Positions 38,642-47,472 of a stretch of DNA of 64,000 nucleotides are shown here, piece by piece. The position numbers and the translations under genes were made by a program. Each line of letters opens with the position of its first letter. Positions within the stretch are counted from its first letter, which is position 1. The notes below the pieces were generated by a model. That model was not told the origin of the DNA. It did not search any database and saw only the letters and a program-made list of their open reading frames with translations. Source of the stretch: an uncultured Bacteroidales bacterium (GTDB taxonomy: Bacteria; Bacteroidota; Bacteroidia; Bacteroidales; UBA10428); the NCBI GenBank assembly GCA_963821135.1, contig CAWGCR010000003.1, forward strand, positions 788,959-852,958. The letters are read 5' to 3'.

Positions 38642-38663
38642 AACAATATAAATTGCTCAAAGT

Positions 38664-39653
38664 TTATTTCAGTAAGGTAGCGTCTATCATCTTTAACGAT
38701 TCCAACGCATCGCCAAGCGAACATGGATTATTTCCCTCTCCTCTGAAATATTTTACCACCTGCTCAATCATTGGCTGTTGAATATGCTCCGGAAAAGGGA
38801 ATTCCAGTTTTTCAATTCCTTTGTTTGAATGAATCTCAAGCACATGATTGCGGAAAAATGAAAAAACAAGCTTTCCCTTCTCACCAATGATCTCACATCT
38901 TTCTCTTTCTGCGCTTTCGTGAACAGAAAAAGACCATGAACCATTCAGGAATATGTTGTTTTCAAATCTTATATCAAGATGAGCCAGATCAGGTGCACTA
39001 TAATTCCCGCCCTGATTGCCAGAAAAACCACTAATCTCTCTTGGTTTACCAAAATACCAATACATCAGATCGAGTTGATGGGGTGCCAGATCGTGAAAAA
39101 GTCCACCGCCTGATATTGCAGGGTTTATCCTCCAGTTTTCTTCCGAATTAGCAACAAGTCCGGTACCAGGTGTCTGCCATAGTTGAATAACTGCATACAA
39201 TACTTTCCCGATGTGACCGGAATCGATGTTTTCTTTCACCTTGTTGAAAAGAGGCAAACCACGGCGGTAATGGGCTACCGAAACAGGAAGATCAGATTGC
39301 TTTTCAGCTTCAATCATTCTACGGCATGACTCGCTGTTTAATGTGACTGGCTTCTCGACGTATACGGGTTTACCTGCCTTTAATGCAGCAAGAGTATACT
39401 CCTCATGGAAAGCAGGAGGTGTGGCAACATATATAGCATTAATAGCAGGATCGTTGATCAAATCATTTGCATTGCTGTAATACTTTGATACTCCATGTCG
39501 ACTGGCATAATCCTTTGCTTTTTCTGCATTTCGTCTCATCACTGCTACAAGTTCAGAGTTGGGTACTTTGTTAAATGCCGGACCACTTTTCTTTTCGCAA
39601 ACGTCTCCAACACCAATAATGCCCCATTTTACGGATCTTAATATTGTCTTCAT
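38664..39653 (-). CDS. Gfo/Idh/MocA-family oxidoreductase
   Basis: 329 aa. N-terminal Rossmann VKWGIIGVGDVC and the family EKP motif (VYVEKPV). Confidence 0.85.
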   Translation of the reverse strand: MKTILRSVKWGIIGVGDVCEKKSGPAFNKVPNSELVAVMRRNAEKAKDYASRHGVSKYYSNANDLINDPAINAIYVATPPAFHEEYTLAALKAGKPVYVEKPVTLNSESCRRMIEAEKQSDLPVSVAHYRRGLPLFNKVKENIDSGHIGKVLYAVIQLWQTPGTGLVANSEENWRINPAISGGGLFHDLAPHQLDLMYWYFGKPREISGFSGNQGGNYSAPDLAHLDIRFENNIFLNGSWSFSVHESAERERCEIIGEKGKLVFSFFRNHVLEIHSNKGIEKLEFPFPEHIQQPMIEQVVKYFRGEGNNPCSLGDALESLKMIDATLLK

Positions 39654-39855
39654 TCCGAAATTATTATACTAAATAGTCTATACAGGTAATTATTCCGTCA
39701 TATTCAATTTGCAAATATAGATAAACCGTGTTTGTGTTGTTACCTGGCATGGAGCAAAGAATTTTACCAGTTTTTAGGGATGGAGATTGCCAACTGAAGC
39801 TGAGTGGGAAAGGCCTACCAGAAGTCCTGATCCGGGTCCTGAAAAAAAAATGAAT

Positions 39856-40806
39856 CTAAGTAATTGGCAAATTATGTATAATATGTATACTCCTGGGAAG
39901 AATTTGAAATTCAAAAGGTGAATGCCCCAGGGATTCGCCATCAGCCTCAAGGTGGATAAGTGGATCAGAGTTGACCAGAATGTCTTTCCCGGTATACCCT
40001 TCTATTTTTGGATGATTAAGGATTGATCCATTGTAAAGTAATTTCAGATTCCTTATAATTTCGCCCTTTCGAATTTTCTTAATAACGGTGATATCAAATA
40101 AACCATCGTCGTGCAGGGCATTAGGCGTTTGCATCATACCGCCTCCCGAATACTTTCCAATGCCCAGACTTATTGTAAATACTTCGTTGACAATACGCTC
40201 ACCATCAATAATAATCTCAACATTGGTATGCTTATAGGCCATGAGGCATCGAAAAATATTCCAGAAATACAGGGCTTTTCCACCCCTGCCTTTTTCTTTC
40301 TGAAGATTCGTTCGTTTAGCAACAACTGCGTCAAATCCTAGTCCTGCAATGTTAATGAAGAACCGTCTTTTTCTTTTAGTCCCATGATAGTAATATACAA
40401 TTCCTGTATCGTGCAAGCAGGTATTTTTAGTTTTTATTACATCAATTGCTTTATCATATTCTTTAGGAATGCCAAACATCCTGCCCCAGTCATTTCCTGT
40501 CCCTACTGTAATTATTGAAAGATAAATTTCATGGGTTGGGCATATATCCTGCCTGAAACAGCCATTTACTATCTCGTTCATTGTTCCATCGCCACCCACT
40601 GCTATTATATTACGATAGCCATCCCTGATGCCTTTTTGCAGCAATTTTATGGCATGTCCTTTAGATTTAGTAAATTCGAATGAATAGGAAATCTTTTTTT
40701 CCCGAAGCAGTCCTTCGATAAGACTCCAGTCCTTCTCGCCTCTTCTTTTTCCAGCGTTTGGATTTACAATAATAAACCAGCTTGATGATTTATCGGTTGA
40801 TTGCAT
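39856..40806 (-). CDS. Diacylglycerol/lipid kinase family protein (YegS-like)
   Basis: 316 aa. FIIVNPNAGK and IIAVGGDGTMNEIVNG motifs. Confidence 0.85.
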   Translation of the reverse strand: MQSTDKSSSWFIIVNPNAGKRRGEKDWSLIEGLLREKKISYSFEFTKSKGHAIKLLQKGIRDGYRNIIAVGGDGTMNEIVNGCFRQDICPTHEIYLSIITVGTGNDWGRMFGIPKEYDKAIDVIKTKNTCLHDTGIVYYYHGTKRKRRFFINIAGLGFDAVVAKRTNLQKEKGRGGKALYFWNIFRCLMAYKHTNVEIIIDGERIVNEVFTISLGIGKYSGGGMMQTPNALHDDGLFDITVIKKIRKGEIIRNLKLLYNGSILNHPKIEGYTGKDILVNSDPLIHLEADGESLGHSPFEFQILPRSIHIIHNLPIT

Positions 40807-40902
40807 TCCTTTTCAGATAAAGTTTTAAAGATACATAATTCCTCGTATTTTAATTATTAATATAAATATTTGAGATTTATGACGAGAGTATTGAAGAAAA
40901 TA

Positions 40903-40910
40903 TATTTTTG
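40903..40910 (+). promoter_or_regulatory. Bacteroidota-type -7 promoter box TAnnTTTG
   Basis: Exact TATTTTTG 21 nt upstream of the ATG at 40931. Confidence 0.35.
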
Positions 40911-40930
40911 TTAAGCATTAAACCTTGCAT

Positions 40931-42295
40931 ATGTCGATTCTCTATACATCCTTCGTTGTTGTTTCTGCTGTTGTACTGCTTCTTTTTCTGGTGCTCAAAT
41001 TGAAGATCAATGCGTTTCTCTCTCTGTTAACTATTGCGATATATGTTGGAATATTAACCGGCATGCCCCTTAATAGCCTGATAGAGAGCATCAAGAACGG
41101 TATGGGAGGCACATTAGGATTTGTTGCTGTAGTTGTTGGTCTCGGATCCATTTTTGGTCAAATGCTTGAAAGTTCAGGGGGAGCTCATGCGCTGGCGCAT
41201 CATCTGTTAAAAAGGTTTGGACAGAAAAAAGCTTCCTGGGCCATGATGTTCGTTGGCTTCATCATTGCTATTCCTGTTTTTTTAGATGTTGGATTTATCC
41301 TGATGGTTCCAATAATATACGCTCTATCACGTGATACCGGAAAACCCTTACTGTACTATGGCATTCCTTTGCTGGCCGGATTGGCTGTCACCCATAGCTT
41401 TATCCCGCCTACGCCTGGTCCCGTTGCTGTAGCCGATATCCTTGATGCATCCTTAGGTTGGGTAATTATCTTTGGATTCATAATGGGAATTCCAACAGCC
41501 ATTCTTGCTGGTCCGGTTTTTGGCAAATACATAAGCGCGAAGATACCCGTAATTAATAAAATGGATATTTCTTCGTTGATAGATGATCGTCCTCAGGATG
41601 GGCAAAAAACACCTCAATTCTTGCTTATTATAGGACTGATAGCCATACCCTTACTCCTGATTGTATTGAGCACTGTAATTGATCTGCTCATAAATAATCA
41701 AGTTATATCTGAGAATTTGTTTACACGTATCATAGTTTTTTGTGGCCACCCGTTTACAGCACTAATTATTGCAACTTTTCTTGCCATTTATCTCCTGGGA
41801 TTCCGCTTTGGGAAATCAAAGCAAGAGGTATTGGATCTAACTACAAGGGCTCTTGGACCAGCCGGGATAATAATATTGATTACCGGTGCCGGCGGTGTTC
41901 TGAAACAGGTGCTTATCGATAGCGGTATAGGTGAAATCATGGCTAACTCAATTGCAGGTTCATCTTTTTCTCCTATTCTTCTCGCCTGGTTGTTGGCTGC
42001 TGTTGTAAGGGTTACTCAAGGATCCGCAACTGTAGCAATGATCACCGCAGCAGGAATAATTGCCCCCGTACTGGAAGTGATACCCATAAACGAAATGCAA
42101 CGAGCCCTGGTTGTAATATCAATTGCAGCAGGAGCCACCATTCTTTCCCATGTAAACGACAGCGGATTCTGGCTGGTTGGGAAATATCTGGGACTTAATG
42201 AAAAACAGACACTCCAGTCGTGGACTGTGATGGAAACCATAATTGCCGTAACCGGGCTGATTTTGTGTCTAATAATGAATGCCTTCCTAAGGTGA
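40931..42295 (+). CDS. GntP-family gluconate/sugar-acid:H+ symporter
   Basis: About 454 aa, polytopic. The track start at 40925 is TTG and the ATG lies 2 codons later. GntP-like layout (..IPVFLDVGFILMVPII.., ..THSFIPPTPGP..). Confidence 0.8.
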   Translation: MSILYTSFVVVSAVVLLLFLVLKLKINAFLSLLTIAIYVGILTGMPLNSLIESIKNGMGGTLGFVAVVVGLGSIFGQMLESSGGAHALAHHLLKRFGQKKASWAMMFVGFIIAIPVFLDVGFILMVPIIYALSRDTGKPLLYYGIPLLAGLAVTHSFIPPTPGPVAVADILDASLGWVIIFGFIMGIPTAILAGPVFGKYISAKIPVINKMDISSLIDDRPQDGQKTPQFLLIIGLIAIPLLLIVLSTVIDLLINNQVISENLFTRIIVFCGHPFTALIIATFLAIYLLGFRFGKSKQEVLDLTTRALGPAGIIILITGAGGVLKQVLIDSGIGEIMANSIAGSSFSPILLAWLLAAVVRVTQGSATVAMITAAGIIAPVLEVIPINEMQRALVVISIAAGATILSHVNDSGFWLVGKYLGLNEKQTLQSWTVMETIIAVTGLILCLIMNAFLR

Positions 42296-42387
42296 TAACA
42301 CCTGCATTATTGATATAACCGGTAACCAGGAATAATCATCTTTACCCTGAAAGAAGGATTGGAGACAATAATTAAAAAAACCAGGAT

Positions 42388-43536
42388 ATGAAAATCACGG
42401 ACTATGAAGTTTTTAAAGTACCACCGAGATGGTTATTCCTAAAAATGGTAACCGATCAAGGAATTATTGGTTGGGGAGAACCCATTATTGAGGGAAGAGC
42501 CGATACGGTAAAAAGCGCAGTTGAAGAGCTTATGCAATATATGATCAATAAAGATCCCATGCACATCGAAGATCATTGGAATACACTATATCGGGGTGGT
42601 TTTTACCGGGGTGGTCCTGTATTTATGAGTGCGCTTTCCGGAATCGATCAGGCTTTGTGGGATATTAAAGGAAAATATCTTAACCTTCCAATTTATGAAA
42701 TGATGGGAGGAAAAACCAGGGATAAAATGAAGGTTTATTCATGGATAGCCGGCGATAGACCTTCTAATATTGGCGCTGGAGCATTAGAGGCTCAAAAAAA
42801 TGGTTTTACGGCTGTGAAGATGAATGCCACCAATGAATTGCAAATCATTGACTCTTATCAAAAAATTGAATGGGTATTAGAACGCGTGGCGAACCTTAGG
42901 GATGCAGTTGGATATTCAATGGATGTAGGCATCGATTTTCATGGAAGACTGCACAAAGCAATGGCTAAAGTGATGGCAAAAGAGCTGGAACAGTTCCATC
43001 CCATGTTTATTGAAGAACCCGTGTTACCCGAAAATAATGAAGCATTAAAAGCAATAGCAAACATTACATCGATACCTATTGCTACCGGTGAACGTATGTT
43101 TAGTCGCTGGCATTTCAAAGACCTTTTGGCCGGTGGATCTGTGGATATTATTCAACCGGATGTTTCACATGCAGGAGGGATCACTGAGTGTAAAAAAATA
43201 GTTTCTATGGCAGAAGCCTACGATGTAGCTGCTGCACTGCATTGCCCATTAGGTCCGATTGCATTGGCTGCTTGTCTGCAGGTAGATGCAACCTGCTATA
43301 ACGCTTTTATACAAGAACAAAGCCTGGGCATTCATTATAATAAAGGAAGCGATCTGATGGATTATTTAGTGGATAAATCTGTGTTTAATTACGACAAAGG
43401 ATTTGTGAAAATTCCATCAGGCCCGGGATTAGGCATTGAAATAGATGAAAGCTATGTAAGAAAAATGGCAAAGGAAGGTCATAATTGGAAAAATCCCTTG
43501 TGGAGGCACGAGGATGGCAGTATTGCTGAATGGTAG
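42388..43536 (+). CDS. dgoD: D-galactonate dehydratase (enolase superfamily)
   Basis: 382 aa. Near-collinear with my recollection of E. coli DgoD: MKIT..PPRW.FLK..TD.G..GWGEP.IEGRA.TV; ..HAGGITEC.KI..MAEAYDV..A.HCPLGPIALAAC..; C-terminal NPLWRHEDGS.AEW. Confidence 0.93.
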   Translation: MKITDYEVFKVPPRWLFLKMVTDQGIIGWGEPIIEGRADTVKSAVEELMQYMINKDPMHIEDHWNTLYRGGFYRGGPVFMSALSGIDQALWDIKGKYLNLPIYEMMGGKTRDKMKVYSWIAGDRPSNIGAGALEAQKNGFTAVKMNATNELQIIDSYQKIEWVLERVANLRDAVGYSMDVGIDFHGRLHKAMAKVMAKELEQFHPMFIEEPVLPENNEALKAIANITSIPIATGERMFSRWHFKDLLAGGSVDIIQPDVSHAGGITECKKIVSMAEAYDVAAALHCPLGPIALAACLQVDATCYNAFIQEQSLGIHYNKGSDLMDYLVDKSVFNYDKGFVKIPSGPGLGIEIDESYVRKMAKEGHNWKNPLWRHEDGSIAEW

Positions 43537-43628
43537 CCATGTTTTAAGAATAGAAAGAGACAACGATCGGGGAATTTCCAGAATTCTGATTTCTCATTAA
43601 GTTTGTAATTATGTAAAAAGTATGTATT

Positions 43629-44513
43629 ATGAAATTAAAAAGAGATTTGGCTGAGTACAGCAAACCAATTTCGGATCTATTTACCTGGCCAAAAAACAAA
43701 AGTGAGTGGGAGAAATACAGACTGTCAGATGAACAAATAAAGCACTTTAATGACTATGGATATGTCTCACACATAAAACTTCTTGAAGAAGATCAGGTGG
43801 AACAGTTGAATGAAGAACTTGTTACTATTATGGATCCTAAAAGTCCTGATCATGATCTGCTGTACGAATTTCATACCAATGAATCGGAGGATCCTGACAG
43901 AATTATATTTCATTCCCTTGGACATTGGAGAGTTACACCTGGATTTCATGATATACTTTGGAATCCGGCTTTTGTAATGGCTGCGTATCAGCTTTTAGGC
44001 AATAAAGATGTTCGATTCTGGCACGATCAGTTATTTTGTAAGCCTGCGAAACACGGTGGCGTTGTAGCCTGGCATCAGGATTATTCATACTGGACCCGCA
44101 CTGTGCCAATGCAACATCTCACTTGTTGGGTTGGCCTTGATAATGCTACAAGAGAAAATGGTTGTCTCCATTATATTCCCGAAAGTCATAACTGGGGTTT
44201 ACTCGACAAACCCTCCCTAACCGGAGAAATGAAAGGACTCACTCAATTCCTCAATGAGGAACAAACGAAAAAACTTGAGGATCCGATTCCCATTGAAATG
44301 AAAAAAGGATATGGAACCTTTCATCATCCCCTGCTTGTGCATGGTTCCTTTGAAAACAATTCGGAACAACCCAGGAGAGCTTTTGTTTTAAATGTATTTG
44401 GTGATGGAACCCGTTCGGATACCAACGATGAAATTCTAGTTGGTGTACCTCCCATAGAAAGTGGCAAGGAGATGAAAGGAAAGTTCTTTCCACTACTTTA
44501 CAAAGCAGAGTAA
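43629..44513 (+). CDS. Phytanoyl-CoA dioxygenase (PhyH) family Fe(II)/2-oxoglutarate oxygenase
   Basis: 294 aa. FWHDQLFCKPAKHGGVVAWHQDYSYW (HxD) and a distal His in GTFHHPLLVHGS. Confidence 0.8.
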   Translation: MKLKRDLAEYSKPISDLFTWPKNKSEWEKYRLSDEQIKHFNDYGYVSHIKLLEEDQVEQLNEELVTIMDPKSPDHDLLYEFHTNESEDPDRIIFHSLGHWRVTPGFHDILWNPAFVMAAYQLLGNKDVRFWHDQLFCKPAKHGGVVAWHQDYSYWTRTVPMQHLTCWVGLDNATRENGCLHYIPESHNWGLLDKPSLTGEMKGLTQFLNEEQTKKLEDPIPIEMKKGYGTFHHPLLVHGSFENNSEQPRRAFVLNVFGDGTRSDTNDEILVGVPPIESGKEMKGKFFPLLYKAE

Positions 44514-44561
44514 TTGTTCAACATAACAGAAAAGTAAACAGACCAGACTAAACCTTAGGCT

Positions 44562-44849
44562 ATGAAAACAATATATCTACTTGTTTCTGTCATGATCCTG
44601 GCCCTATCCTGCACAAATTCAGACAATGAACCACGCGTCGTTGAGGATTTTAATTACAATTGGAGGTTTCATTTAGGGGATGGAATAAAAGCCTACAATA
44701 CAGAATTTGACGATTCAAAATGGAAGGAATTGAACCTGCCTCACGACTGGAGTATTGAGGAAGGATACCAAAATGTAGAAGGAACTGCCGCAAGCACGGG
44801 AAGAAGGGACGATAGGAATAAGTACCAGATGTGGAGATTTACAATCTAA
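44562..44849 (+). pseudogene. Truncated remnant of a glycoside hydrolase family 2 gene (signal peptide + first ~70 residues of the sugar-binding domain only)
   Basis: 95-aa ORF: lipobox ILALSCT, then FNYNWRFHLGDG..FDDSKWKELNLPHDWSIEEGY, the canonical GH2 N-terminal opening. The reading frame stops after ..YQMWRFTI and no GH2 sequence follows in any frame. Confidence 0.6.
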
Positions 44850-44988
44850 TTCCTTAGAACTAATTTCTAAATGATCTCTAATCCTGAGAATTAACAGGCT
44901 AATATCAGGGAATCATCTCTCAGATTGTGATGAATGAAAACTAAAAAGCATTAAAAAGATTAGTAACCATGTGTCAAATTATTCTAAG

Positions 44989-46335
44989 ATGGATACACTT
45001 TCAGATTGGTTAGTCTGGTTAATTGGGAGTGGAATTTTTTTGTTATTTCTCTTTGCTGCTGTGGAATTTTTTTTGGAGAACGAAAAACACGCATTCCGCA
45101 GGGCCATCCTCTTAATGCTTATAGCACCCCTCCCTTTCGTCCTGGCGGGTCTTTTCAATCTGAATAATATTGAAAATGTACTTATTATACTTACACTAAC
45201 CGCTCTAATTGTTTTCATCCTTCCTTTTAAAACTCCTTCCGGCATTATCGATCCGGAACCTTTACTTAAATATGATGAAAGAGATATCATGTTCTCCCGA
45301 AGAGAATTGGTCCCAGGAAGCGAACAATATAAAGCCTATTACCGTCTAAATCCTGAAAAGGAATCCACAGATATGAATTTCAGGAAAGAACCCGGACTAC
45401 TGGCTGCCAATTCAATGTATTTTAACAGGAAAGCCTTTGCAGAAGCTGAAGCAAGTTTCAAGGCTGTTAAGCTACTTCATAAACGCGTTGATGGAGCTCC
45501 GGCAAATCAAAGAGAGGCCATAAGTCCCCATGACATTTCTGATTATTTGGTAAAGTGGATAAAAGAACTGGGAGCTCTAGATGTTGGCTTTACTTCCCTG
45601 AAACCCTATCACTTTTATTCTGTAAAAGGTCGGGGTGATACCTATGGTCATGCTATTGAGAGTGATCATAAGTTTGCTGTTGCATTTACTGTCGAAATGA
45701 GGAGAGAAATGGTAAAGCCTGCTCCGAAGGCTTCTATCGTTATGGAATCTGCCAGACAATATCTTAACTCAGGAATAATTGCCGTCCAGGTGGCAGAATA
45801 TATCAGGAGCCTGGGTTATGAGGCCCGTGCGCATATCGATGGTAATTACCAGGTAGTATGTCCTCTGGTCGCCAGGGATGCAGGACTGGGTGAAATTGGA
45901 AGAATGGGATTACTAATGACTCCAAAACAAGGTCCCAGGATTAGAATTGCAGTAATTACTACCAGCTTAAAACTCATGCCACAAACCTATGCTCCTGATA
46001 ATTCGATCATGGATTTTTGCATGAAATGCAAAAAATGTGCTGCATGTTGTCCCAGTCGGTCAATCGAGCTTTCAAAGCCCAGGATATATGAAGGTGTTAA
46101 ACGATGGAAGATAGACTCTGGCAGATGTTATACTTATTGGTGTAAAGCAGGGACCGATTGCGGTCGGTGCATGGCCGTGTGCCCCTATTCCCATCCTGAT
46201 AAAGGCATACACCGGCTCATACGATGGGGTATTAAAAAATCGCGCTCCTTTCGATTATTCGCTGTATGGATGGATGATTTCTTTTATGGCAAACAACCTA
46301 AGCCGCATCCTCTTCCAAAGTGGCTAAATGAATAA
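44989..46335 (+). CDS. Membrane-anchored reductive-dehalogenase / epoxyqueuosine-reductase-like 4Fe-4S protein
   Basis: The track ORF begins at GTG 44971 and the ATG lies 6 codons later. Three N-terminal TM helices. The core LGALDVGFTS..AEYIRSLGYEARAH..PLVARDAGLGEIGRMGLLMTPKQGPRIRIAVITT is RdhA/QueG-like. Two Cys clusters: CMKCKKCAACCP and CGRCMAVCPYSHP. Confidence 0.7.
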   Translation: MDTLSDWLVWLIGSGIFLLFLFAAVEFFLENEKHAFRRAILLMLIAPLPFVLAGLFNLNNIENVLIILTLTALIVFILPFKTPSGIIDPEPLLKYDERDIMFSRRELVPGSEQYKAYYRLNPEKESTDMNFRKEPGLLAANSMYFNRKAFAEAEASFKAVKLLHKRVDGAPANQREAISPHDISDYLVKWIKELGALDVGFTSLKPYHFYSVKGRGDTYGHAIESDHKFAVAFTVEMRREMVKPAPKASIVMESARQYLNSGIIAVQVAEYIRSLGYEARAHIDGNYQVVCPLVARDAGLGEIGRMGLLMTPKQGPRIRIAVITTSLKLMPQTYAPDNSIMDFCMKCKKCAACCPSRSIELSKPRIYEGVKRWKIDSGRCYTYWCKAGTDCGRCMAVCPYSHPDKGIHRLIRWGIKKSRSFRLFAVWMDDFFYGKQPKPHPLPKWLNE

Positions 46336-46390
46336 CTTCCTAAGAAATAAATAGTTGTTTGGATGCACTCACATTTCATTCCTGCCAATA

Positions 46391-47293
46391 TCAGGTGTAG
46401 TTGTGTGAGGTATCGTGTTCCTTGATTTTTTCAATAATTCCAGGTTCTGCACCATCGTACATTTCTTTGATAAAATCATCGGAGAAGTTGTAGGTTCGTT
46501 CTGCAATACTCATTGTTTCTACCCTGTCAAACAACATCTCTTTTGCCTGCTGAATATCTTTGCCATAAATATGATAGGAATCGGCCTGCCAGTTCAAACG
46601 ACCCAGCTTTACCTCTTTACCGGTCCGTTCGGCAATGCCTGCTGCAATAATTTCTTTATTAAATTGAATAAACCCAAACATATTCATGAAATTTGCGCCC
46701 CATGCATCGTTGCTCCTGAAACGGATATTGCAGTTCAACCAGTAGACTCCTTCTTCATCCTCAAGAATCCGGTACCATAATGATTGTAGGCAGGGTGGAT
46801 CGTAGCAATCCAGGTCTATGTTTGGCATCCAGGTAATCATTTGGGCCTGCCGGGTAAAAGGCTGTTTCGATAGTTTGTCTATTACAGCCTCAATCTGGTT
46901 GATTTTAAAACCACCAACCTCTTCCGATCCATTGTCTCCTTTTTCCAGCCATATACCGTATTTCTCCAGGCGGCCATGGTAGGTATACTCCCAGCGGGTA
47001 TCCTCAGGATCGTTCATATTCTTTACCCAATGATCTTTGAAACCCTTCAGTTCAAGCACATACTCTTTTAGTCCTTCAATTCCCGCAGGAAAGGCCATAT
47101 GGATCATGGGCTCGCTTTCAGGTTCTTCGATAGTGATGTTCATGGTACAATCCAGACTTTCCGGATGACCAGGTTTATCGTATTGGGTTTTAAAGCGGGT
47201 ACCTTTTGAGTAGAGACCCAACAGAGCCGATTCAAATGCAAGAGCTAATGACTTCTCCGAAACTGTTATTACCGGAATATTCAACATGAGCAA
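46391..47293 (-). CDS. Divergent thymidylate-synthase-fold (ThyA-like) protein
   Basis: 300 aa. YTYHGRL, INQIEAVIDKL..FTRQAQMITWMP, nucleophile motif DPPCLQSLWY, FRSNDAWGANFMNMFGF, ADSYHIYG. These are collinear with the TS motifs YGxQWR / NQ..VI..L / PPCH / RSxDxxLGxPFN / DxHxY. Confidence 0.65.
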   Translation of the reverse strand: MLMLNIPVITVSEKSLALAFESALLGLYSKGTRFKTQYDKPGHPESLDCTMNITIEEPESEPMIHMAFPAGIEGLKEYVLELKGFKDHWVKNMNDPEDTRWEYTYHGRLEKYGIWLEKGDNGSEEVGGFKINQIEAVIDKLSKQPFTRQAQMITWMPNIDLDCYDPPCLQSLWYRILEDEEGVYWLNCNIRFRSNDAWGANFMNMFGFIQFNKEIIAAGIAERTGKEVKLGRLNWQADSYHIYGKDIQQAKEMLFDRVETMSIAERTYNFSDDFIKEMYDGAEPGIIEKIKEHDTSHNYT

Positions 47294-47472
47294 TTAGTTT
47301 TAAGATTTGCGGACAATTTACAGAATATTGCACCCCTGCCTGAAATGGATGACTTGAAAGTTATTAGCTTCTTATTCACAAAATTCAAGTGTTGAAATAT
47401 TTTCCGCCCGGTGACTCACGGTAAGATGGAAATAATGACAAGCTCCAATCACAAAAGTGATTTCACGCTTTG

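Noticed and set aside
38178-38651. 157-aa plus-strand ORF
   Set aside because: It is antisense to the MBL-fold hydrolase gene. The same judgement applies to the long antisense ORFs at 8659..8994, 18864..19340, 48058..48459, 50216..50623 and 54554..54988.
47404-47421. CCGTGAGTCACCGGGCGG (minus strand) between fhs and the ThyA-like gene, reminiscent of the ZTP/pfl riboswitch 5' domain, which often controls fhs and folate genes
   Set aside because: Only the CACCGGG core matches my recollection of the consensus. The ACUGGCG element and the 3' CCGCCUGGGC pseudoknot partner are absent, and I could draw no P1/P2 pairing.
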